Source of the DNA: Acidimicrobiia bacterium
GTDB taxonomy: Bacteria > Actinomycetota > Acidimicrobiia > Spongiisociales > UBA5794
NCBI GenBank assembly: GCA_036985855.1
Contig: BTQL01000006.1
Span: 2,566 to 66,565, forward strand
Reading direction: 5' to 3'
DNA length: 64,000 bases
Shown here in pieces: positions 24,525 to 35,249 of this stretch. Both the position numbers and the translations under genes were made by a program. The notes under the pieces were generated by a model. That model was not told the DNA's origin. It was given only the letters and a program-made list of their open reading frames with translations, and did no database searches. Numbering within the stretch: position 1 is the first letter of the stretch; each line of letters starts with the position of its first letter.

Positions 24525-25780
24525 CGTGCTCGTTCGATTCGGTAGATGGATCCACCGAGCGACACGACGTACAGCTCGCCATCGCCACCGACACCGAAAC
24601 CCGATATCTGCGGGACCGATCCGGTCATGGCGGTCCAGTCTCTCTCTCCCGACTCGACGGAGTAGCTGCGCAGGAGCCCTGAACAGAAGTCGGCGTAGAA
24701 GTAAATACCATCGAGCTCGGGGATCGCTGAACCACGATACACATAACCGCCCGTGATCGAGCAGCCTTCGTCATGGCCGTACTCGATGACAGGCGAAATG
24801 AAAGTGTTCCGGTCGCAGTTCTCGCTCTGGAAGCACGTAGACCCCTCCATGACGGACCAGCCAAAGTTCGCACGACGATTGTCTGTGGCCATCACGGACA
24901 CTTCCTCGATCTCGTCCTGTCCAACATCCGCGATCCACACGTCCGCTCCGACACCATCATCGAAGAAGTCGAATGCGAACCGCCACGGATTGCGCAATCC
25001 CGTCCAATACACCTCGGGCGCTCCATCGACACCATCGGCGTACGGGTTCAGCTCGGGGATGTCGTAGGGGGACCCTCCCGTACCGGGCACGGCGATTCGA
25101 AGCATCGCACCAAGCAGCGTGTAAGGATCCTGGCCATTGCCGAATACATCATTTGCCGCTCCGCCATCTCCCATCCCTATCCAGAGATAACCACGTGGTC
25201 CGAAGGCGATCATGCCCCCGTTGTGGTTTCCGGCTGGTTGATCGATGACGAGGATCGACGAGGCGGAGGCAACATCGAACACACCGTTGTTGACCACGAA
25301 TTGGTCGATCACCGTTCGTCCCCGGTTGTCGATGTAATTCACATAGGCGAGGCCGTTCACATCGAATTCCGGGTGAAATGCCAGTCCGAGCAGTCCCTGC
25401 TCACCGCCGAATTGCACGCCTCCACGGATGTCAAGCGCAACGGCGTGAGCGCCGCCATCAGCGCGCACGATCCGTCCCGGTTGCTCCACCACGAAGTCGG
25501 GACCACCGTCCGGATCTGCGACCACAAGAACGGGAGACTGGAACCCTGAGTCGGTCTCGGAGAGCCGTATCTTCAGTTGGGGCAGCGGAACTGTTGCGGT
25601 CGATGATTCTTGATCGATAGTTGCGGGGTCGGTCCCGCTGGATGTCGGCTGTAGTGGGGCCACCGTCGTCGAGATCACCGTAACCGAAGCGGTCGTTGTG
25701 GTTTCGTCCGGGTTGCTCGACGTGCACGCTGTGACTACTACAGCGACGGCAAACACACTCAGTGCAGAGACTCGAAGCAT
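24521..25780 (-). CDS. PQQ-dependent sugar dehydrogenase (sorbosone/glucose dehydrogenase-like), lipoprotein
   Basis: Trimmed to MLRVSALSVFAVAVVVTAC (lipobox). Beta-propeller motifs GLLGLAFHPEF and AGNHNGG. Stop overlaps the rbsK ATG (ATGA). Confidence 0.8.
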   Translation of the reverse strand: MLRVSALSVFAVAVVVTACTSSNPDETTTTASVTVISTTVAPLQPTSSGTDPATIDQESSTATVPLPQLKIRLSETDSGFQSPVLVVADPDGGPDFVVEQPGRIVRADGGAHAVALDIRGGVQFGGEQGLLGLAFHPEFDVNGLAYVNYIDNRGRTVIDQFVVNNGVFDVASASSILVIDQPAGNHNGGMIAFGPRGYLWIGMGDGGAANDVFGNGQDPYTLLGAMLRIAVPGTGGSPYDIPELNPYADGVDGAPEVYWTGLRNPWRFAFDFFDDGVGADVWIADVGQDEIEEVSVMATDNRRANFGWSVMEGSTCFQSENCDRNTFISPVIEYGHDEGCSITGGYVYRGSAIPELDGIYFYADFCSGLLRSYSVESGERDWTAMTGSVPQISGFGVGGDGELYVVSLGGSIYRIERAR

Positions 25781-25809
25781 CGGCCCAGCGTACCGCGAGG
25801 TTGCACGGT

Positions 25810-26007
25810 CAATACATCTTCGGAGATCACTGCTTCGGATGGATGCGCTCAGCCCCTGCACTCGACGGTGACCTCGGTCCAGTAACCGATTGGGAACCGA
25901 TGCTCGGAAAGATTGGCAACATCACGACTTTTGGACTTGATCACGACGGCGAACTCCTGGTCGCGACCCTCGACGGAGACGTATACCGAATCACCGCCGT
26001 CCGCTGA
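25810..26007 (+). pseudogene. C-terminal remnant of a second PQQ-dependent sugar dehydrogenase
   Basis: QYIFGDHCFGWMRS...FGLDHDGELLVATLDGDVYRITAVR aligns with the last ~65 aa of the neighbouring gene (IYFYADFCSGLLRS...FGVGGDGELYVVSLGGSIYRIERAR). There is no upstream body. Confidence 0.65.
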
Positions 26008-26036
26008 GCGACCTTCTCCGCGGATGGCCCGTCATC

Positions 26037-27485
26037 TCATTGAAATGCTGCGTCGCTCTGGTCGGTGAGGAACTCATAGATCTCGACCATGTCTACGCCG
26101 GGGATCGTTTCGACCGGCATGGCCGCGAGGACGTGGCTGTTCGGGCGGACCGATGGCCATGCGTTTCCATTCCAACGCTCTGCCATTTCGTCACTGACTG
26201 TTCGGCAGCATTCGCCGTCGGGACACTGGGAGACGGATCTTCGGTCTGTATTCCACCCTCGGAACCACTTAGCGTCTTCGAACCTGACTCCGACGGTAAT
26301 CGCTCGAGCAGGCTCGTTCTCCGTCTCGACGAATGTCGCACACCAATAGGTGCCCGAACTGGTGTCGGTGTACTGATAGTGGATCGTGTATCGGGCATCG
26401 GATACGAAAGCCTGGCGGGTTCCCCACTCCCTGCAAAGCCGCTGGCCCTCGATGGCTCCCGCGGAGTTCTTCGGAAACGGCACGCCGTTGTTCGAGTATG
26501 CCTTCCAGATGATCCCCTGGTCGTCTGAGCGAACGAAATGTGTGCCGAGCCCGAGATGCTCCGTCGCGAGGTTCGTGAACCGGTGACCGGCCATCTCGTA
26601 GGACACAAAGAACCGATCCTTCAGATCCTCTACCGACAGGTTCCTGTCCGCCTTTGCCTCGAGCAGGAAGGGAATGGCCGCAGATTGGGGAAGCAGCGCC
26701 GCTCCGGCGAAGTAGTTGGCCTCGACGCGCTGTCTGAGGAACTCAGAGAAGTCCTTCGGATCGGGATGACCGAGGGCGAAGTGACCGAGGGTCTGGAGGA
26801 TCACCGACCGCGACTGCTTCGAATCGAAACTTTCCCTGCCGTGCACGTAGATCTTGCCGTTGGACAGATCGGATACGGACCGCACAGACGCCGGCACCTC
26901 CGGTGTGCGAATCACCTTGAATCCGTAGTGGCTGGAAAGGGCGTTGAGGTCTCCTTTGGACATCGCCCCGTGGCCTTCGTATCCGATCGCTTCCACGGCC
27001 TCGGTGGCGATTGCCTCGATCTCGCCGAAATAGTTTCCGCGCTCTGTCATCTCAGCACGCAGCTGTGCGTTCGCCGCCCTGGCCTCGTCCCTTGTGAACG
27101 GTGCCGCGTCATCGCGGCCTCGCAACTCCTGGTACAACCGAACGATGTGCTCGAGCGCAGCGTCAGGAAGACCAGCCGTCGGCTTCAGGTATGGCAGTCC
27201 GAGATCTCGATACGCCTGGTCACGTTGGACTCGTTCGATCGTCACTTCGAGTTCGGCTCTCCTCGATGGCGCCTCGGTCGAGAGGAGATCTGACACGTCG
27301 ATTCCGAACGCGACCGAGAGATCATTGATCAGTCCAAGCTTCGGTTCCTTCTTGCCGTTTTCGAGCAACGAGAGAAATGGCGCAGGTTTGGACACCTTCG
27401 CACCGAGGTCATCGAGGGTCATCCCCGCCGACTTGCGGAAATGCCTGACTCGCTTTCCGAACACGAGTGGGTCAATTGTTGCCAT
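26037..27485 (-). CDS. ramB: XRE-HTH / ImmA-like regulator of the RamB (short-chain fatty acyl-CoA regulator) family
   Basis: 482 aa. N-terminal HTH (FGKRVRHFRKSAGMTLDDLGAKV), a HxxxH-type peptidase-like core (LGHFALGH), and a Cys-rich C-terminus. Divergent from aceB-aceA, like Rv0465c next to icl. Confidence 0.8.
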   Translation of the reverse strand: MATIDPLVFGKRVRHFRKSAGMTLDDLGAKVSKPAPFLSLLENGKKEPKLGLINDLSVAFGIDVSDLLSTEAPSRRAELEVTIERVQRDQAYRDLGLPYLKPTAGLPDAALEHIVRLYQELRGRDDAAPFTRDEARAANAQLRAEMTERGNYFGEIEAIATEAVEAIGYEGHGAMSKGDLNALSSHYGFKVIRTPEVPASVRSVSDLSNGKIYVHGRESFDSKQSRSVILQTLGHFALGHPDPKDFSEFLRQRVEANYFAGAALLPQSAAIPFLLEAKADRNLSVEDLKDRFFVSYEMAGHRFTNLATEHLGLGTHFVRSDDQGIIWKAYSNNGVPFPKNSAGAIEGQRLCREWGTRQAFVSDARYTIHYQYTDTSSGTYWCATFVETENEPARAITVGVRFEDAKWFRGWNTDRRSVSQCPDGECCRTVSDEMAERWNGNAWPSVRPNSHVLAAMPVETIPGVDMVEIYEFLTDQSDAAFQ

Positions 27486-27510
27486 GAAGAATCACCCTTC
27501 TCCCCGATTG

Positions 27511-27567
27511 TCGAAAGTTTCGTGCTTCTTATTGTCGCATGCATTTGCGTTTACACCAAACTTGTCG
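27511..27567. promoter_or_regulatory. Candidate RamB operator pair in the ramB/aceB divergent region
   Basis: Inverted half-sites: CGAAAGTTT (within 27511-27520) and the reverse complement of AAACTTGTCG (27558-27567). They resemble the corynebacterial RamB box A(A/G)AACTTTGCAAA. Confidence 0.3.
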
Positions 27568-27596
27568 TTTCCTGAGCGCACCCGGGAAAGGGATCT

Positions 27597-29186
<1,590 letters not shown>

Positions 29187-29213
29187 CACCGGTTCGCGAC
29201 TATTGGAGCGACT

Positions 29214-30509
29214 ATGACGAACGACAGCACCATTGCACAAAGAGCCGAAGCGATCACGAGGGCTTGGGAAACCAACCCACGTTGGGACGGGATCGACCGG
29301 GACTACACGGCACAGGACGTGGTGAAACTCCAGGGCTCATTCCTCGTGCAGCACACGATCGCGTCGATGATGGCTGACGCACTGTGGGAGAAGCTCAATT
29401 CCCAGGACTACATCAATGCCCTGGGAGCGATGAGTGGTGGCCAGGCCGTGCAAATGGTGAGGGCCGGCCTGCAGGCCATCTACCTGTCCGGTTGGCAGGT
29501 TGCCGCCGACGCGAATCTGTCGGGGTCCGTGTATCCGGATCAGTCGCTGTATCCGGCGAACTCTGCTCCAGAGCTGGTGAGGCGCATCAACAACGCACTC
29601 CAGCGGGCGGACGAGATCGAGTGGTCCGAAGGTGATGACAGCAGGGAGTGGATCGTCCCGATCGTCGCGGACGCCGAGTCAGGCTTCGGTGGGCCGCTCA
29701 ATGTCTTCGAACTCACGAAGGCATTCATCCGCGCTGGCGCTGCTGCCGTCCATCTCGAGGATCAGCTCTCCTCCGAGAAGAAGTGCGGACACATGGGCGG
29801 CAAGGTGCTCGTGCCGACCTCACACCATGTCCGCACTCTGAAGTCTGCGCGCCTTGCCGCCGACGTGATGGGCGTCCCCACGCTCGTTGTCGCAAGAACG
29901 GACTCGCTCGGCGCCGCACTGCTCACGACCGATGTGGACGAACGTGACCGCCGGTTCCTGACCGGCGAGCGAACTGCTGAGGGCTTCTACGAGGTCGACA
30001 ACAGCTTGGACGCCGCGATCAGTCGAGGACTCGCGTACGCTCCATACGCTGATCTGATCTGGTGCGAAACGTCGACGCCTGACCTCACGGAAGCGGCGTT
30101 GTTCGCCGAGGCAATCCATGCGGTACACCCGGAGAAGATGCTCGCATACAACTGCTCGCCATCGTTCAACTGGAAACGCCATCTTGACGACGCGGCCATC
30201 GCAACATTCCAGAAGGAACTCGGCGCAATGGGATACCGGTTCCAGTTCATCACGCTCGCCGGGTTCCACGCGCTCAATGCAACAATGTTCGAGCTTGCTT
30301 CCGGGTACAGGGAGCGCGGCATGGCGGCATACGTCGAACTGCAGGAGGCCGAGTTCGCCATGGAGAGCGCCGGGTATACCGCCACCCGGCACCAGCGCGA
30401 AGTTGGTGCAGGCTACTTCGACCAGGTTTCCCAGGTGATCTCGGGCGGACTGTCGTCGACCCTTGCCCTCGAGGGGTCTACGGAAGAGAACCAGTTCTAC
30501 GACAGTTGA
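29214..30509 (+). CDS. aceA: Isocitrate lyase
   Basis: 431 aa with the ICL signature [13 protein letters not shown]. Confidence 0.95.
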   Translation: MTNDSTIAQRAEAITRAWETNPRWDGIDRDYTAQDVVKLQGSFLVQHTIASMMADALWEKLNSQDYINALGAMSGGQAVQMVRAGLQAIYLSGWQVAADANLSGSVYPDQSLYPANSAPELVRRINNALQRADEIEWSEGDDSREWIVPIVADAESGFGGPLNVFELTKAFIRAGAAAVHLEDQLSSEKKCGHMGGKVLVPTSHHVRTLKSARLAADVMGVPTLVVARTDSLGAALLTTDVDERDRRFLTGERTAEGFYEVDNSLDAAISRGLAYAPYADLIWCETSTPDLTEAALFAEAIHAVHPEKMLAYNCSPSFNWKRHLDDAAIATFQKELGAMGYRFQFITLAGFHALNATMFELASGYRERGMAAYVELQEAEFAMESAGYTATRHQREVGAGYFDQVSQVISGGLSSTLALEGSTEENQFYDS

Positions 30510-30530
30510 TCGTTCTGCCGAAGGGCGAGT

Positions 30531-31658
30531 TCAGATTCCTATCGCGTCTGCGAGTCGGTCGCGGTAGGACTCCACGGATCCGAGGAGAAGCGCCGTGCTC
30601 TTCGCTCTCTTCAAATACAGGTGGGCGTCGTGCTCCCATGTGAAGCCGATGCCGCCGAATATCTGAATCGTGTCCCCCGCCGCCTTGAGATATGCGTCCG
30701 AGCACACCGACTTGGCGAGCGGAACAGCAACACCTGACTCATGAGGATCATCAAGCGTGCGCGCCGCGTGGGACGCAGCGGACCTGGCATGTTCCACGGC
30801 GACAAGCATGTCGGCGCACATGTGTTTCACAGCCTGAAATGATCCGATGGCCCTGCCGAACTGGAAACGGCTCTTCGCATACTCAACCGATATCTCGAGA
30901 CATCGCTGGGTTCCGGCGGCCTGTTCCTGGGCAAGCGCCACAACGCCTGCGTCGAGGGCAGCGCGCAGAGCGTGTTCGCTTGGAGAACCTCCAAGATACG
31001 CGCCGGTGTCGACGGCTACGTTCTGGAGCTCGAGCTCCCCGAGCGGACGCGTTGCATCGAGCGATGGCGTTGGGTTCACGGAGACTCCGGCGGCGGACCC
31101 ATCGACCATGAACAAGCCGGTACCCGCCCCTGTGTCTGCAATCACAACAAAGGCGTCGGCATTCGGCGCGTCTGTCACATACCGTTTCAGCCCAGAGAGC
31201 CTCCAGCCGTTCCCATCTGGCTCGGCTTTGGTTTCGCATCGTTCGAGGTCATGGGCGTCCTCGAACGCCGCAAGCGTGGCGATGCGCTCGCCCGACGCGA
31301 TCTGTGGCAGCAGCCGCGCCTTCTGGTCCTCCGATCCAGCCGAGAGAATCGCGGAGCTGGCGAGCGTCGACGACAAAAGTGGCACGGGAACAACCCGCCG
31401 TCCCAGTTCCTCGAACACGATCGCCGTCTCCACGAACGAATAGCCCGCACCCCCGTACTCCTCGGGAATGTGCAGTCCGATGAGCCCCATCTCAACGAGA
31501 CCGCTCCATGCATCACGGTTGATCGCAGAGTCCGTCAGCGATGAGTCACGAGTCGAATCCATATCGACTGTTGCCTCGAGGAACTCTCTCACTGTTGCGC
31601 CGAGCATCGCCTGTTCTTCGGTTCTGGCAAAGCTGATGCTCTCAGCCACGCGGCACAT
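30531..31658 (-). CDS. Acyl-CoA dehydrogenase
   Basis: ACAD three-domain pattern, C-terminal IQIFGGIGFTWEHDAHLY. Start uncertain (ATG 31658 or GTG 31649). Confidence 0.85.
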   Translation of the reverse strand: MCRVAESISFARTEEQAMLGATVREFLEATVDMDSTRDSSLTDSAINRDAWSGLVEMGLIGLHIPEEYGGAGYSFVETAIVFEELGRRVVPVPLLSSTLASSAILSAGSEDQKARLLPQIASGERIATLAAFEDAHDLERCETKAEPDGNGWRLSGLKRYVTDAPNADAFVVIADTGAGTGLFMVDGSAAGVSVNPTPSLDATRPLGELELQNVAVDTGAYLGGSPSEHALRAALDAGVVALAQEQAAGTQRCLEISVEYAKSRFQFGRAIGSFQAVKHMCADMLVAVEHARSAASHAARTLDDPHESGVAVPLAKSVCSDAYLKAAGDTIQIFGGIGFTWEHDAHLYLKRAKSTALLLGSVESYRDRLADAIGI

Positions 31659-32847
31659 CCTTCCATGGAAGCTCCTTGTCAACACGGGGTTCACCCGGGA
31701 GACCGAGCACTCGCTCACCGAGGATGTTCCGCATGATCTCGGACGTACCGCCCTCGATGCTGTTTGCCCTTGCCCTGAGGAACGCCCGTTGCGGACTCAT
31801 GATTCGTTCGATTTCGCGGGTGTCGTATGAGGTCGCTTCGAGCGTGTAACCCTCGGGAATCGTGGCACCCTCAAGGCCTTGCATCGCAACGGTGAACGCG
31901 GTCACCTCCTTGTTCAGATCTGCCCATGCAAGCTTTCCTGTCGAACCCTCCGGACCGGGCACACCAGCCTGCATGTTCTCGGCTGCACGAAGACTTGTGA
32001 GCCGCATCGCCTCCACCTCGCACCAAAGACGCGCGAGCTCTCTTCGTGTGGCTGGATCTCCGGAGCCGGATTCGTTCCACGTAACGATCGCGTCCCCAAT
32101 GGCCCCATCGCCACGGGGAACTGTCCGACCGCCGATCGCGACTCGCTCGTTCATAAGCGTCGTCATCGCCACCCGCCATCCGGCCCCAACGTCGTCGATT
32201 CGGTTCTCGTCCGGGACGAGTGTGTCATCGAAGAAGACTTCATTGAACTCTGCCTCACCCGTGATCTGGTACAGCGGGCGAATGTCGACACCTTCTGCCT
32301 CCATGTCGACGACGAAGTACGTCATGCCCCTGTGCTTCGGCTGATCCGGGTCTGTGCGGGTAACCACCATGCCCCACTTCGCGAGATGGGCGAGTGTCGT
32401 CCATACCTTCTGACCGTTCAGGACCCACGTGGCGCCGTCACGGACGGCCCTCGTAGCGAGGCCGGCCACATCAGAGCCGGCTCCTGGTTCGGAGAAGAGT
32501 TGACACCAGAGCTCGTCCATCACGAACATCGGACGGAGCCATCGGGTTCGCTGCTCGGGTGTTCCATGGGCGGCCAGCACGCCTGCACCCATCCCGATGC
32601 CAAGAATGTTTGCGGTGGCGTTCCACGTCGGCGCACCAGCCTCGTTCAGTCTTCTCGACACAACTTCCCGAAAGCTTGGGCTCACTGCGAGGCCCCCGTC
32701 ACCGACGGGGAAGTCTGGCCACGCCAGTCCGGCGTCGAACTGGGCGCCCCAGAAAACCTTCGCATCGGTAGTGACCGGCGCGTAGTCCGCAAGCAGTTTG
32801 TCAATCGCCGCCTCTACGACCACCTTCTGGTCATCGCCCCGATTCAC
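31642..32847 (-). CDS. Acyl-CoA dehydrogenase
   Basis: 401 aa ACAD (CQLFSEPGAGSD, TSEIMRNILGERVLGLP). Adjacent ACAD pairs of this kind can form heteromers. Confidence 0.85.
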   Translation of the reverse strand: MNRGDDQKVVVEAAIDKLLADYAPVTTDAKVFWGAQFDAGLAWPDFPVGDGGLAVSPSFREVVSRRLNEAGAPTWNATANILGIGMGAGVLAAHGTPEQRTRWLRPMFVMDELWCQLFSEPGAGSDVAGLATRAVRDGATWVLNGQKVWTTLAHLAKWGMVVTRTDPDQPKHRGMTYFVVDMEAEGVDIRPLYQITGEAEFNEVFFDDTLVPDENRIDDVGAGWRVAMTTLMNERVAIGGRTVPRGDGAIGDAIVTWNESGSGDPATRRELARLWCEVEAMRLTSLRAAENMQAGVPGPEGSTGKLAWADLNKEVTAFTVAMQGLEGATIPEGYTLEATSYDTREIERIMSPQRAFLRARANSIEGGTSEIMRNILGERVLGLPGEPRVDKELPWKDVPRG

Positions 32848-33311
32848 GACGATTCGGCCATGACTGCGAGGGTCAGAAGTTCGGCAACCAGGGCAGGCCT
32901 CTCCTGACCCTCGATCTCGACGGTAACCGAATTCGTGACCAGGATCTGACCGGGTGACTTCTCCTTCACATCCTTGAGAACCGAAACCGTGCGAACCCGT
33001 GAATCCACGGTCACCGGGTTGAGAAACCGGACCTTGTCGGATCCGTAGTTGATGTACATGACTGCGCCATCGGGAAGCAACATCGACCCGAGGGTCAGAT
33101 AGCTGAGAAGCGACTGGGTGAGAAAACCGTGGGCAATCGTCTTCCCGAAAGGTCCTTGTGCCGCCGCATCGGGATCAACATGGATCCACTGGTGGTCCAT
33201 GGTTGCTTCAGCAAATGCATCGATACGGTCCTGATCGATCGTGAACCAGTCGGAGCGACCGGTCTCTTCACCGATGTGGTTCTCGAGCTCTGAGAGGGGT
33301 ACGACTGGCAT
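32844..33311 (-). CDS. MaoC-like (R)-specific enoyl-CoA hydratase/dehydratase
   Basis: 155 aa hot-dog fold with the pattern HVDPDAAAQGPFGKTIAHGF. 4-nt overlap with the ACAD gene. Confidence 0.85.
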   Translation of the reverse strand: MPVVPLSELENHIGEETGRSDWFTIDQDRIDAFAEATMDHQWIHVDPDAAAQGPFGKTIAHGFLTQSLLSYLTLGSMLLPDGAVMYINYGSDKVRFLNPVTVDSRVRTVSVLKDVKEKSPGQILVTNSVTVEIEGQERPALVAELLTLAVMAESS

Positions 33312-33405
33312 GGGATCCCTTCGGTCGACAATCGACGGGTGACTCGTGTCCGCTGACGTACCGTACTACCACCTGCGATGATGCTCTCGACGAGGAGAGT
33401 GAAAG

Positions 33406-34188
33406 TTGGACATCAGAGGGCGGGTTGTCATGATCACCGGTGCGGGCAGTGGCATCGGCGCTGCAATGGCGCTCAGGTTCGCCCAAGAGGGCGCAGATGC
33501 CGTGGTCGTTACGGATATCGATGCTGACGGGGCGAGCAGTGTCGCGGCAGAGATCGATGGCGAAGCGTTCGACCTCGACGTGACAGACGAGGACGCTACA
33601 GCCGGCGTGATCCGCCGGGTCGAGGAGACTCACGGACGTCTCGACATCCTCTGTCTCAACGCTGGTATCCCCACGGGCGGATCGGTCGATGCGTCGAACG
33701 AGGAATGGCAACGGACCTGGGATGTCAACGTGATGGCCCATGTGTATGCGACCCGCCATGCGCTTCCGTCGATGCTCGAGCGAGGCGAGGGTTACATCGT
33801 GACGACCGCTTCGGCGGCGGGCCTGCTCACCAACGTCGGCGCCGCGCCATACTCCGTCACGAAACACGCCGCGGTTGCACTGGCTGAATGGTTGTCCGTG
33901 ACCTACGGAAGCCGAGGCATCAAGGTTTCGTGCCTCTGCCCGATGTTCGTGGATACTCCGATGCTCGACGCGTTCGCAGGCCACACGAGCGAGATGCGCG
34001 ATTGGGTCGAGGGAGTTGCGATCGACGTCGACGACGTTGCGGAAGCGGTCGTGACGGGCATCCGTGAAGAGACCTTCCTCATCCTCCCCCACGCCGTCGT
34101 CCTCGACTACTTCCAGCGAAAAGCACTCGACTACGACCGTTGGATCTCCGGGATGCAGGATCTGAACAGCCAGATGACCGACAGGTGA
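33406..34188 (+). CDS. Short-chain dehydrogenase/reductase
   Basis: TGAGSGIG Rossmann motif and the YSVTKHA catalytic YxxxK. TTG start. Confidence 0.85.
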   Translation: MDIRGRVVMITGAGSGIGAAMALRFAQEGADAVVVTDIDADGASSVAAEIDGEAFDLDVTDEDATAGVIRRVEETHGRLDILCLNAGIPTGGSVDASNEEWQRTWDVNVMAHVYATRHALPSMLERGEGYIVTTASAAGLLTNVGAAPYSVTKHAAVALAEWLSVTYGSRGIKVSCLCPMFVDTPMLDAFAGHTSEMRDWVEGVAIDVDDVAEAVVTGIREETFLILPHAVVLDYFQRKALDYDRWISGMQDLNSQMTDR

Positions 34189-34205
34189 GCTCTGCCGTCC
34201 AACCC

Positions 34206-34258
34206 GCGTACCCAGGGTTCCAGACCGCACTCAGTCCGGTCTACAGCCCGCAGAACGG
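34206..34258 (+). repeat. REP-like dispersed repeat, copy A
   Basis: GCGTACCCAGGGTTCCAGACCGCACTCAGTCCGGTCTACAGCCCGCAGAACGGG, with an internal AGACCG/CGGTCT stem. Lies between convergent gene ends. Confidence 0.8.
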
Positions 34259-34262
34259 GACG

Positions 34263-35249
34263 TCACCGTCCGTCCAAGACCTGTAGAACAACCTTGCCCA
34301 TCGCTCTACGCGATGCCATGAGCTCGAAGGCATCGATCACCCGCTCGAGTGGGAACGTCTCAGTGATCGGAGGGTTCAGATCGCCGGCGACGATCATGCG
34401 AGAAATCTCCTCGATGTTCGCGGCGGCGACCTGTGGCTGCTCCTGGGTGAACGACCCGAGGAAGACACCGACGATCGAGGCAACCTTGAGCAGCGGCAGG
34501 TTGAGGGGGATCGCCGGAACCTCTCCTGCGGCGAAGCCAATCACGAGATATCGCCCGCCCCAAGCAATCGAGCGAAAGGCAGGTTCGGCCAGGTCTCCGC
34601 CAACGGGGTCGTAGATGACGTCCACACCGTGACCGTCGGTGAGCTCCTTGACCCTGGACCTGAGGTCCTCCGTCGTGTAGTTGATCGTATGATCGGCTCC
34701 GATTGAGTCACAGAAGGCGAGCTTCTCGTCACTGCTCGCTGCCGCGATGACCGTGGCTCCGAGCACCTTCCCGATCTCAACTGCGGTGGAGCCGACGCCG
34801 CCCGCGGCGCCAAGGACAAGCAGCGTCTCGTCCGAGCGAAGCTGTCCCCGCTGAACGAGAGCGTGGTACGCCGTCCCGTACGACATCGTCATCGCCGCTG
34901 CCGTCGCGAACGCGATCTCGTCCGGGATGGGAATCACCATCGCAACATCGGCGACTCGCTGCTCTGCGAACGCTCCAGCGACGCCGAACGATGTCACACG
35001 TTGCCCGACAAAGAACGCGGTCACTCCTTCGCCAAGGGCAGCGATCACCCCGGCGGCTTCGGCACCGGGCACGAACGGTGGTTCAGGCCTGAACTGGTAT
35101 TCCCCCCGGATGACGAGCAAGTCGGGGAAGTTCAGGCTCGCCGCGTGCACATCGATGAGCACCTGACCCGGCCCCGGGATCGGGTCGGGTACATCGGACA
35201 GGATCAGTTCGTCATGGGACCCGTACTCGGTGCAGAGAATTGCTTGCAT
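34263..35249 (-). CDS. NADPH:quinone oxidoreductase-like MDR family protein
   Basis: Trimmed to [10 protein letters not shown]. Zeta-crystallin-type pattern and GAAGGVGS nucleotide motif. ATG shares 1 nt with the thiolase stop. Confidence 0.85.
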   Translation of the reverse strand: MQAILCTEYGSHDELILSDVPDPIPGPGQVLIDVHAASLNFPDLLVIRGEYQFRPEPPFVPGAEAAGVIAALGEGVTAFFVGQRVTSFGVAGAFAEQRVADVAMVIPIPDEIAFATAAAMTMSYGTAYHALVQRGQLRSDETLLVLGAAGGVGSTAVEIGKVLGATVIAAASSDEKLAFCDSIGADHTINYTTEDLRSRVKELTDGHGVDVIYDPVGGDLAEPAFRSIAWGGRYLVIGFAAGEVPAIPLNLPLLKVASIVGVFLGSFTQEQPQVAAANIEEISRMIVAGDLNPPITETFPLERVIDAFELMASRRAMGKVVLQVLDGR

